Shown here one piece after another: positions 1 to 11,594 of a stretch of 49,945 bases of DNA. The position numbers and the translations under genes are program-made. The DNA lies in NCBI GenBank assembly GCA_051294375.1, contig CM119268.1, positions 2,162,854-2,212,798 on the forward strand, read 5' to 3'. The DNA comes from Paraspadella gotoi. Lineage: Eukaryota > Animalia > Chaetognatha. Position 1 is the first letter of the stretch. The number at the start of each line of letters is the position of its first letter. The notes beneath the pieces were generated by a model that worked only from the letters and a program-made list of their open reading frames with translations, made no database searches and was not told the origin of the DNA.

Positions 1-226
1 AAAAAAAAAAAACTGGAAAAGAGAGAAAGAAAATTTATCACAATTTAATTACTATGGTAATATTAAAAATGATAAAAGATCAAAGTGATAAGAAATAAAG
101 ACGAAGACGAGAAATAATATTCGAGAAGATGACGAGGAAAGAGATGACGAAAGGGAGGAAGCGACGGAGAAAAGGGGGGGAGGAAGATGAAAGAAATGAA
201 AAGACTTTAAAAGTCTGTCATTGCCC

Positions 227-257
<31 letters not shown>

Positions 258-1242
258 ATTGTCTCTATGAAGGGAACGAAAATATTTGGTTAGCTGGAAG
301 GAAGAGAAAGGGGGAAAAAAAAGAGTCGGCTCTTTTTTCCTATAGCGCCTCATTTCTGTTCCATTACCCGTTAAAAGAGAAAGAGGATTATGAATTTATG
401 ATAAAAAATAAAGGACAGATTGTAGACCGGTTGTAAAGATTATTGAAGAGAAATGGAAAAAGGAGATAAGGTAATTAATAGAAAATAAAAAAANNNNNNN
501 NNNNNNNNNNNNNNNNNNNNNNNNNNNNNNNNNNNNNNNNNNNNNNNNNNNNNNNNNNNNNNNNNNNNNNNNNNNNNNNNNNNNNNNNNNNNNNNNNNNN
601 NNNNNNNNNNNNNNNNNNNNNNNNNNNNNNNNAGAGGGAAATGGCACAAAGGAAATGGCATCAAGAGATGGAAATGGTACAAAGAAAATGGCATCAAGAG
701 ATGGGAATGGGGGAATAATGGGGGNNNNNNNNNNNNNNNNNNNNNNNNNNNNNNNNNNNNNNNNNNNNNNNNNNNNNNNNNNNNNNNNNNNNNNNNNNNN
801 NNNNNNNNNNNNNNNNNNNNNNNNNNNNNNNNNNNNNNNNNNNNNNNNNNNNNNNNNNNNNNNNNNNNNNNNNNNNNNNNNNNNNNNNNNNNNNNNNNNN
901 NNNNNNNNNNNNNNNNNNNNNNNNNNNNNNNNNNNNNNNNNNNNNNNNNNNNNNNNNNNNNNNNNNNNNNNNNNNNNNNNNNNNNNNNNNNNNNNNNNNN
1001 NNNNNNTAATAATAGTTGATAATTGATTCGGTCTTGCATACCAGATAGAAAATAATAAAACATTGTAGATTTAATAATCTATTCATTATGAAAGAGCATA
1101 ATGAATAAATTATTAAATATACTCTGTTCTATTATTTTCCATCTGGTATTATCAATTATTATTAGACACTAATCCTCACAGAATCATGACTCTCAAACTG
1201 TATTTAAAACGAATATTACTTAAAACTGCGCAAATAACGAGG

Positions 1243-1288
<46 letters not shown>

Positions 1289-1402
1289 CAAGGTTGTTTC
1301 AAAAAGACGCCACGGAAAAAAAAAGAGAGATATTCATTCGTCAGTCGAAACGTACCACGCATCGATCGTCCCGTGATAACCGAGACCGGCGCGACCCTGG
1401 CG

Positions 1403-1493
<91 letters not shown>

Positions 1494-2800
1494 AAGAAAG
1501 AAAATCAGGGAGAGATTTAGCGAATAGGATTCTCGGAATAGACGGTCGTACGAGAAGAACTGTCGTTTCCCTTTCAAGGCCGACGAAGCTAAATTTGGGG
1601 TCTAAGGGGGGGGAGGGGGGGAGGGGGAAAGAGGGGAGAGGGGAACCTGGAAGAAGGGAGGGAAAAAAAAAGAAAAGTAAAGAGAGAAGGAAAAGAAGAG
1701 GAGAATGAAAAGAAAAGTCATGAGCCGAAAATCGTCGAAGAAGAAAAGAGAAGGATAGATATTGAGGACGTGAAAGACGCGACTGGCGGGAAAGGAAAGA
1801 ATCATATGAGGAGGAAAGGAGGAAGGAAAGGGAGGAAGGAAAGGGAGGAAGGAAAGGGAGGAAAGGGATAAGGAAGGAAGGAAAGGAGAAAGGAATAAAA
1901 AAAGGTAGGAAAGGGAAGAATGGAGGAAGGAAAGGGAGAACGGGAGGAAGGTGAGAAAAAAGGAAGGAAGGAAGAAGTGAAGGAAAGTAAAAGAATAACT
2001 AGACAAAAGTCCGTATTAGGATAAAGGTTGAGTGAAAAGTGAAAAGGAAAAATTAAGGGGAAAAAAAGAGATGACGAAGGAAAAAATGAAGAAAAAGACA
2101 AAGAGAAAAAAAAAGTCGAGGTGATGGGGATTTTTAAGTTTCGATGTCGCGCGCAGAAGAATAGAAAAGAGGAAGAAGAACAACGACGACAACGACAACA
2201 ACAACTAAAACGAGTAAGAATAAAAGAAAAAGAGAGAAAGAAAAGGAAGATGAAAATTTGAGTTTTGCCCGATAAAAAAAAAAGGTTTCCACCGACCGGC
2301 GCGCGGAGTGGAGGGGGAGAGGATGGGAGGGGGCAGAGGGAGGGGGGGGCAAAGTGGGGCGTCAAAGGGAGGAAAGAAGTTGACGAGTTTTGAGTTTCAT
2401 CTTCGGTCGCCCCGCCCAACAGAAAGACTCGTTAAACCCTCGCTTATTTTTTGGGTTTGATATGAAGAGAGATTGGAGGAAGCAAGAGGAGGAAGGTGGA
2501 GGAGGAGGAGGAGGGAAGAGGAAGAGGAGGAGGGAAGAAGAGAAAAGAGGAGGAGGCAAGAGGAAGAGGGAGAAAGGAGGAAGGAGAAGGAAGAGTTAGG
2601 AGGGAAGAGGAAGAGAAAGAGGAGGGAAGAAGGAGGAAGGAGGAAGAGGAGAGAAAAAGGAAGAGGAGGAGGGAAGAGGGAGGAAGGAGGAAGAGGAGGA
2701 AAGAGGAAGAGGGAGGAGGAATTAAATTTGAATTTTAGGAGAGAGTTGATGCAGTTAACGAGAAGAAGGAGATGAGAATGCGAGGATTAGAAATGAGAAA

Positions 2801-3010
2801 ACGAGATGAGGTATAATGTGATAAAATGATATAAAATGAGACGAGATGAGGTATAATGTGATAAAATGATATAAAATGAGACGAGATGAGGTATAATGTG
2901 ATAAAATGATATAAAATGAGACGAGATGAGGTATAATGTGATAAAATGATATAAAATGAAACGAGATGAGGTATAATGTGATAAAATGATATAAAATGAG
3001 ACGAGATGAG
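2801..3010. repeat. 40-bp minisatellite, ~5.25 copies
   Basis: Unit ACGAGATGAGGTATAATGTGATAAAATGATATAAAATGAG, near-identical copies. Confidence 0.95.
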
Positions 3011-3456
3011 TTAAAATAAGATGGGATGTCATAAGATTAAAATTTCAAATGACTTTAAATGACTTTAAATAAGAATAGATTAATTGGCGCCATGGTACAT
3101 CAGCCCCCAAAAAGCGAGACATGATTGAGAATTCATCGCGCGCCACCTAAAGGGGGGCGGAGAAAAAAAAACTCGTTGCAAGCGCCAACACAATCTCGAT
3201 GATATTCTGTGGAATCGAAAAGACTTCGGAGATTAAGCTAGTGGCACCAAAATAGTGAGCAACTTTTTAAAGCAATTAGAGCCGATAGGCCTTCGTCAGC
3301 ATGCACCTCGTCATTTCTCCTCTTCCTCCTCCCCCTCCTCCCAGAGAACCAAGCTCGAGTCCAGGGTTTAAGGTTTTTCATTCACGCTTTTTCCTCTCCT
3401 TCCTCCTTCTTACTTACCTAGACTGAGTCAGACTCACCCGACCTTAGTTAGACCGG

Positions 3457-3510
3457 CGTTTAATGTGGGGCTCGAACCCACGACCCTAGGATTAAGAGTC
3501 CCGTGCTCTA
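3457..3510 (-). pseudogene. tRNA-Lys(CTT) fragment / pseudogene lacking its 5' end
   Basis: Minus strand TAGAGCACGGGACTCTTAATCCTAGGGTCGTGGGTTCGAGCCCCACATTAAACG matches eukaryotic tRNA-Lys(CTT) from the D-loop onward. The acceptor 3' strand is mutated and the 5' strand is absent upstream. Confidence 0.8.
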
Positions 3511-4030
3511 AAGTTTTTTTCCACAATGGGGGTCGGGTTTGTGTGAATGATTGTTCTTTGACATTTCTTTCACACGACGACAAGTGATGCCAACGACCGT
3601 CGAGGATCGAGTGATTCTGAGGCAACACGCCCGTCGGCGGAAGACCGAAAATATCACGAATCCAAACGGCGGAACAAATGAACAACGATTTCAATTCAAT
3701 TTCTAGATTTTGTGTTTTTTTCGGATCTGGATGAAATTTAAGATCATTGGCTCACTCAGAGCTGAGGAATGCAATTTCGGATAACACTTCGAATATCTTC
3801 ATTTTACTATCATAAAAAAATAATGATAAGGTCTCTCGGAACAATCACTGATAAACCGACAAATTTCTGTCAGTTTTTCACATTTCTACGCTGGCAATAA
3901 CAACAACAACAACAACAACAACAACAAAGACAACAACAACGACGAAGACTCTTCTTTCTCAATTTCCCACCCACTGCGTCTTTTCCCGATTTAATGATAT
4001 TTGATGTAAAAACTGAATCCGTTGCTCCTT

Positions 4031-4650
4031 CGACGACGACGACGACGACGACGAGGACGGCGACGATCAGGAGGACGATGGACGACGACGAATGATGAGG
4101 ACGATGACGACGACGACGACGATGAGGACGACGACGATGAGGACAATGACGACGACGATGAGGCACGATGACGATGAGGACGACGACGACGACGACGATG
4201 AGGACGACGACGACGACGACAACTACGACGACGACGACGATGAGGATGACGACGACGACGATGAGGATGATGACCACGATGATGAGGACGACGACGACGA
4301 TGTGGATGACGACGACGACGACGACGACGACGATCGCCGAGCGTCGGTTTCAACGTCGATTACGCGATTTAATTAGCGTCATCCACATCGACGAGAGACG
4401 ATTATGGATTTGGACGATGACGACGACGACGACGACGACGATGCACTAAAGAAGATTAATGCTGTGATCAAGAAAAGATATGTAACAAGCGATGATACAA
4501 AAGGATGTCAAACTCGACAGTAATTATGAGATAAAACTACGATGTCAATGAAGACACAAGGATGAAAGCGACGACGATGACGAAGACGATGATGATGACG
4601 GCGATGGAGACGATAAAGATGACGACGATGACGACGACGACGACGAGCGA
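4031..4650. repeat. (GAC/GAT)n trinucleotide microsatellite complex
   Basis: Direct reading; the source of the poly-D/T/R ORFs. Confidence 0.95.
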
Positions 4651-4768
4651 ATCAAAGGAAGAGTATTTCGTTTTAACATCGAAGGCGAAATAAAAGACAA
4701 AATTAGCATTTTTTTTTCTTCCACTGTCAAATCGAACCGACATAGCTTAAGTGGATATTAATGAATTG

Positions 4769-5086
4769 TTTTTTAGTTGCGCCGCGAGTACTAGCGGAGA
4801 AACTTTATTAGTCGGTAGGTCGGTTGGTCGGAATGTCTGTCCGTCGGTCTGTCCCACTTACGTTAAAGATGTTTATAACTCGCCCAAAGACGCCTATAGT
4901 TGGTTTCTCAAAGGAAAAAACCTCAAATCTAAGAAACTACTAGCGCCGCCTTTGGTGTTTTAAAGAAATCTCATATAAACTATAAAAAATAAAAGACGTT
5001 ATTCCAATGCAGTACGTGTCTATAATACACGAAATACAAGGGATAATACTCGGCGCAATGCAACATTTGAACTTCCGTTCTTGTTT
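4769..5086 (+). mobile_element. DINE-1/HINE-like non-autonomous element, copy 1
   Basis: Starts TTTTAGTTGCGCCGCG, has a GTCY/GTCG microsatellite core, a 3' CGGCGCAA subterminal inverted repeat, a GAAC/GTTC hairpin and a TTGTTT end. Homologous to 37390-37730. Confidence 0.6.
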
Positions 5087-5406
5087 AATCGGCAAAAGTG
5101 TTGCAGAACAAATTAATAATATACTTTTTTTACTTTTGAAAAAAATTAAGATTTTATTATAGACGGGGAATAACACGTGCATACGTAGAAGGAATTAAAA
5201 AGGATCATGTCGGCTTCCACGAACTTTCTTCGGTCGCCATGGTTACGAGCAATGGAGTCCTGACTCTAATGTCCAGGGACTGCGATGACTGATGAGGAAC
5301 ACGAGCAATCTCCAGATGGTTGAGATGAGAGATGATGAAGATGATCACGAACTCTGCACTCGATGGGAATAATTAATACTTGGCGGCGGCGGAGAAGGCG
5401 GCGGCG

Positions 5407-5440
<34 letters not shown>

Positions 5441-5958
5441 CGGCATAATTCTCGCTTTAGATTTAATTCACAATTCATTTCTCGCGATTAGGAGTTTACA
5501 AATCCTTGGCTTTTAACGAAATGAAACGTTGCAGGGAGTAAAATAATAATCATTGTGAAAAATATTCGATTAAAAAACTATCTGGGTAAGCAAGGTGATA
5601 TCTTTAAACAGATGTCTTAACATGTCAAAGTAAGTATAAAAGACATGCTGATTGCCAAGTCTATGGAGGCATTGAAAAATTGATTTAGACTGATATTGTT
5701 TTTCATTGACATTGTCACCTGTAGTTGTCATTATGTCACAACTCATAAGTCATAAGTGACATTTTTTTCAGAACGTCACAATGTCTCATTTTGAACAGCG
5801 ACACATCGTAGCGACGCCGCTGCATTATGCAAACAGGCGCCGCCGCCGCAGCCACCTCAGCCGCCGCCGCCTGACAACAAGGTTCCCGCCGTTTCGCAAA
5901 CACCGCGTTTCAGCTCATGCGTGCGTGAGAGTGAGAGGAGAAGCGGAACAAGGGAAAC

Positions 5959-6043
<85 letters not shown>

Positions 6044-6495
6044 AATGGAGAGAGTTATGAAAAGAAGAACCATTAAGGTGACAGACGCTTGGTAATTGCG
6101 ACGACGCCCTTCGACGACGAACATCCGGGGACGAAGTCAAAAAGCCGCCGCCGCCGCCGCCGCCGCCGCTGCCGCCTCCGCCGTCGCTACCGCCTCGGCC
6201 GCCGCCGCCAGGCCGCTGCCGCCGCCGCCGCTGTTTCCGCAAAAGAACCCTCTTGAACTATTTTAAAAAAATTGAATTCTCGGGAAGAACTAAGTTTTAA
6301 GATCCTGCGGACAAACTTAATTACGTCGTTTTATTGAAATTTTACTGAAATTTATAAAATACTACATTACATATTGGTGGACGCATTAGCCTTTTGAATG
6401 TCACAGCTCTCAAAACCACTCGTTTGATTAAAGAAGGAGAGAGAGAAAGAACGATGACAACAAAAAAGATGAAAACGATTAATCATTGAATATCC

Positions 6496-6670
6496 CACTT
6501 CCGGGATGAGATCTGATTGGCTAATGGAGTCGAGGGATTCGAGTCGTTAACGAATCCGATACGCTCATTGGTTGATTAGCCGTCTCGAGTTGGTTTTCTG
6601 ATTGGCTAGAAAACTGAACCACTTTGTTTATTGACATTTTCAACAATTGACGGACAGTTAACTATTGGCT
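6496..6670. promoter_or_regulatory. Promoter-like cluster: ETS motif plus four same-orientation CCAAT boxes
   Basis: CACTTCCGG at 6496 and ATTGG at 6516, 6567, 6601 and 6664, three of them in ATTGGCTA context. Confidence 0.45.
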
Positions 6671-7102
6671 AGAGAGGACGCTTCAACTTGATGAACGGTG
6701 GGATGATGCTGGTTGAAACTTGAAAGGCGATTGACAGACGTTTTTAAAAAGAGAAATCGTTTGCATACATTACGAACGAACGCCTCATTCTTTTTTTTTC
6801 AATCCTCCCGTTTTCTTCTTTTGTTCGTAGCCTTTTTTTTTTATTACTTTTTCATATACATCAAACGGAGTTACTAGTTCCCTTCCCCCCTTTCTACCCT
6901 CCCTTTCTGACCCCCTACCCCCTCTCTACCCCTTCCCCTCTCTCAGCAACCGTCCCGTGGCGCTCAATGGAGATTGCAGATGGAAGTGACAAGTTATCGC
7001 CGGACTCAATGTAGAGGAAAAAAAGGAAATGTATTATGAAAATTGTAAAATTACTTGTTTTACTATTAAATTGGTTCATCCAATATAAAAATTATTCATT
7101 CA

Positions 7103-8585
7103 TTTAATAAATAAGCTATCTTGCCCCTGACTTTGGACAGGCTTTGGTGGTTTAAGGCCTCCATCACTCTTACAAGATAATGACATAGCAGGTCCCTGCA
7201 AGCTTTCAATCAAGACTCTCTCACAATCGAGTTTATTCACTCAAAGAGTACCTGGCTTCCCGATCAAAGAAGTCAAAGAATGTTTCAATTGTATGAAAAG
7301 GCCACTCCCTTAAGTATTAGATCGGGGAATGCTATATTGTAATCTGCCCAGCATAAAAATACAAGGAGCTGAATTTTATGAAATTGGTACATATATAAAA
7401 TATATATTAGATTATATTTTATTAAGATTAAAATTAATAATTTACCCGTTGGTGCTTTAGAATGAGGAAAGGGATGCTTAAACTTAAAGGAAGATGAAAA
7501 GTGTAAGAAGGAACATATAATAGATCTATATAATTATTCTAGACATTGTATATAGACAGCTCTTCGCTTACAAAACGAAGAAAATGAGTAAGAAGAAAAA
7601 GAATTCACTTAAAAATATTTTTTTCATTAAAGATATTAAAGATATTTAAAGATATTTTTTTCATTTTTTTAATGGCGCGCAATTGCCGAGCTCAAAAGAA
7701 TAATGGCGTAAAAATAAATACCATAACCGGAGATTTAAAGCGAGAATACAGCAGATCATAATTAAAATTAAAGGCAATACGTCGCCTGGTAGAGATGAGG
7801 CCAGTCAGAAACAGGCGTTGAAATGAAAGGAAAGGAATTAAAAAAAGGAAAAGAGACGCAGGACGGAAATGACGAATCGACGAGAGATGGAGCTGGCGAG
7901 GATGACGACAACGACGACGACAAAGACGACGATGACGATGAAGACAATGATGACAAGGACAATGTAGATGATGGTGACAATGACAATGACGACGATGATG
8001 AAGACGACGACGACGAACGACGACAAAGGAAAGGCGTGAAGTGGAGGCGCAACGGTGTGACGGCGGGGAAGTGAAGGTTAGGTAAGTGCGAAAAGGTAAG
8101 GTAAGAGCGATAAGGCAATCGTACATCGAGGAGGATTAGGACTGATTAACGGAGCAGCTGTCGTCGCGGAAAAAAACCAGATCGTCGCGCCATCTGCCTT
8201 AGCGGATTTTTTTTTCTCTCCCGCGACTTTTTGTTTTCTCTGTCGTAAGATCTGAGTCCATTTTATGTTAAGTTTTTTTTTTATTCAATTTTGGTTTTTG
8301 AGTAGTTTTTTTATTTTTTTTGAAATGATATTTTCAGCGACAACAATATTTTCAACTGATAATTAGTATTTTCATACAATTGGAACATTCTTTGAAATAT
8401 TATATTATATACTGTATTATAAGATAAATAAGCCAGGTACTATAGGAGTGAATAAACTAGATTGGGAAAGTGCCTCGATTGAAATCTTGCAAGACCCTCT
8501 ATGTCATTATCTTGTAAGCGTGATGGAGGCCTTAAACCACCAAAGCCTGTCCAAAGTCAGGGGCAAGATAGCTTATTTATTAAAT
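7103..8585. repeat. ~200-bp imperfect inverted repeat pair (7103-7300 / 8368-8585); further partial copy at ~20683-20782
   Basis: AAGCTATCTTGCCCCTGACTTTGGACAGGCTTTGGTGGTTTAAGGCCTCCATCAC and its reverse complement are directly visible. Confidence 0.8.
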
Positions 8586-8845
8586 TCATTTAAATCAAAC
8601 ACTTAATTTTGTCGCGATAGGCGAAGTCACATGTAAAATTATTTAAAGCTGATGAGATAAGCGGGGCGCCTAATTAGATAGGCTCGCAGCCTGATGTGAT
8701 AGGCTAAGCGCCTGATGAGCTCGGCGTAGCGCCAGATTAGTTAGGGGTAGCGCCTCGCTTAATCACTGCAAAGCTCATTGTCCGCCTGACGGATTAAGAG
8801 AGAGAGAGACGACGAAGCGACGCGATTGGGAGTCGAGCACGCAGC

Positions 8846-8920
<75 letters not shown>

Positions 8921-9592
8921 ATGCGGAAAATGAAGAGAATAGAGAATAGAAGGTAAGGGAATGTAGGAGAATAAAGGAGAGTGAATAGAAGAGAAAAGTC
9001 GAAAAGAGAGCGAGAGATAAAAGAATTGCACAATAATGCAGTCGTTGGGAGGCGGCAGGTTTAATTTTAAAAGTAAGATTGAAAACGAGGCAGAAAACGG
9101 AAAGCGCGGGAAACAAAGGAACAAAACACAGACTACGAGTTAATGATGCAATCCTGTGAGAAAACCTTTCGTCGAAAACATTAAAAGAAAAAAGTATAAA
9201 GACATAAAATGAGAAACAGATCTTTTCAAACAAAACGGAAAAAATTAAAAAAAAAAGTGAAAAAGGGACAAAGTTGTGAGGGTCGTGAGAATTTCATTAA
9301 TCACGGTTGGCATCTCTTCTTCGGAGGCCGCCTCGGGAGACCTCGAAAGGCCCCTGGGAGGCCCCCCCTCTTGGGCCCCTTCCAAGGCCCCCCCCTCTCG
9401 CAGGCCCCCCTGAGGATTGGCCTCAATTAACACGAGGTTCGACGCGCGAGGGATAAAAGGATCGCGTCTCGTCGAGGCCATGAAAAAACCATGAAATATT
9501 TTGGCAACGGATTGATAGCTCATTCTCTCTCTCTCTCTCTCTCTCTATTTATTTATTGGCTAGACCCATGCAGAGTTGGCAAGTTAGAAAAG

Positions 9593-9642
<50 letters not shown>

Positions 9643-11039
9643 GAGAGAGAGAAGAGAGAAGAGAGAGAGAGAATGAGCTATCAATCCGTATGCCAAAATA
9701 TTTCATGGTTTTTTCATGGCCTCGACGAGACGCGATCCTTATCCCATCGCAGCGTCGAACCTCGTGTAATTGAGGCCCAATCCTCAGGGGGGCCTAAGCG
9801 AAGGGGGGGCCTTGGGAAGGGGCCAAGGGGGGGGCCTTCCCAGGGGCCTTTTTCGAGGTCTCCCGAGCGGCCTCCGAAGAAGAGATGCCAACCGTGATTA
9901 ATGAATTCTCACGACCTCACGAACTTTGTCCCTTTTTCACTTTTTTTTTTAATTTTTTCCGTTTGTTTGAAAAAGATTCTGTTTCTCATTTTATGTCTTT
10001 ATACTTTTTTCTATTTAATGTTTCGAACGAAAGGTTTTCTCCAAGGATTGCATCATTAACCTCGTAGTCTGTGTTTTGTTCCTTTGTTTCCCAGCGCTTT
10101 ACCAGTTTTTCTCTGCCTCGTTTTAAATCTTACTTTTAAAATTAAACTCTGCCGCCTCCCTACGACTTGCATTAATTGTGGCAAGTTCTTTTATTTATCT
10201 CTCGCTCTCTTTTGACTTTTCTCTCATATTCACTTCTTATTCCTTTATTTCTCCTACATTCGCTTAACCTTCTATTCTCGCTATTCTCTGTCATTTTCCC
10301 GCATGTCCTCTCTTCTCTCTCATCATCTCGTCTCTCTCGCTCTCCTCGCTCTCTCTCTCCTCTCCCTTATCTCTCTCTCTCTCATCTCTCTCATCTGCGT
10401 GCTCGACTCCCCAATCGCGTCCTTCTCTTAGTCGATCTCTCTCTCCTTAATATTCCGTCAGGCGGACAATGAGCTTTGGCAGTGATTAAGCGAGGCGCTA
10501 CCGCCTAACTATCTGGCGCTAAACGTCGAGCTCATCAGGCGCCTTAGCCTATCACATCAGGGCTGCGAGCCTATCTAATTAGGCGCCCCGCTTATCTCAT
10601 CGAAGCTTTAAATAATTTTAACATGTGATTCGCCTACGAACGACAAAATTAAGTGTATTGAATTAAATGAATTTAATAAATTAAGGCTATTTGCCCCTGA
10701 TAGTTGGACAGGCTTTGGGTGGTTAGCCTCCAATGCACGTGTACAAGAATATGACATAAGAGGGTCTTGCAAGATTTCAATGAGGCACTTTCCCAATCTA
10801 GTTTATTCATCTCCTATAGTACCCCCCTGGCTTATTTTATCAATATATAATAAGTATAATAATATAATATTTCAAAAGAATGTCCCAATTGTATGAAAAA
10901 TAACTATTATCATTGAAATATTGATGTCGGGGCTGAAATATCATTTCAAAAAAAATAAAAAAACTACTCAAAAAACCAAAAATGAAATAAAAGAAAACTG
11001 TAAAGCAATAGAAAGTGGACTCAGAATCTAAAACGACAT
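8241..11039. repeat. ~1.3-kb-arm fold-back (palindromic duplication)
   Basis: ~9650-11039 is an indel-rich reverse complement of ~8241-9545. Confidence 0.9.
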
Positions 11040-11298
11040 AGCAAGTTATGTCATCCCTCAAGTCAAGAATCGCCTCTCCCCGGGGGCGCTGTGCTAAAGG
11101 GGCGGCGGGCCCGGGGGCCCACCCCATCGGGGTTTTGGGCCGCCGCGGGCGGGCCCCGGGGGGCAAAGCAAATACCTTATGGTCTGGGGGAGGGCGGCCC
11201 TGTAGCCTCTTTTTTTTGGGGCCCAAGGGGCCACTCCAGGGGGAAATCACCAGGGGCCTAGAAAAAAACCCTTNNNNNNNNNNNNNNNNNNNNNNNNN

Positions 11299-11432
11299 GT
11301 TACTTTTCTCCATGAATCAACAAATTTCAGCTAATTGCAAAAATTGAATAATGCCCAAAAAAAGGTTCAAATTTTTGTGGTCTGCGTTTATTTATTTATT
11401 GGGCTAGACCCATGCAGAGTTGGCAAGTTAGA

Positions 11433-11495
<63 letters not shown>

Positions 11496-11594
11496 GAGGA
11501 AACGCAGACCACAAAAATTTGAAACCTTTTTTTGGGCATTATTCAATTTTTGCAATTAGCTTGAAGATTTTGTTGATTCATGGAGAAAAGTAAC
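11299..11594. repeat. Short fold-back (~90-bp arms) next to an N gap
   Basis: GTTACTTTTCTCCATG..GTCTGCGTTT is the reverse complement of AAACGCAGAC..CATGGAGAAAAGTAAC. Confidence 0.9.

Noticed and set aside
636-720. 33-bp tandem unit GGAAATGGYACAAAGRAAATGGCATCAAGAGAT
   Set aside because: Only two copies between N gaps; probably a collapsed minisatellite that cannot be interpreted.
1186-2775. ORFs rich in ER/SL/RK/EG repeats (also at 5781-6242, 8759-9233, 27248-27961, 28683-29058)
   Set aside because: Translations of (AG)n and purine-rich simple repeats; no domain or splice support.
2801-3010. Regular repeat as a possible CRISPR array
   Set aside because: Head-to-tail units without unique spacers, no cas genes, eukaryotic context.
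3870-4743. Poly-Asp/Thr/Arg ORFs resembling acidic biomineralisation proteins
   Set aside because: (GAC)n microsatellite open in most frames; similar tracts are scattered on both strands.
5205-5370. Coding-looking minus-strand segment
   Set aside because: No recognisable protein in any frame and no convincing splice sites.
11075-11272. GC-rich GGGCCCC block and its ORFs
   Set aside because: Lies at the degraded end of the fold-back next to an N gap; likely low-quality sequence.
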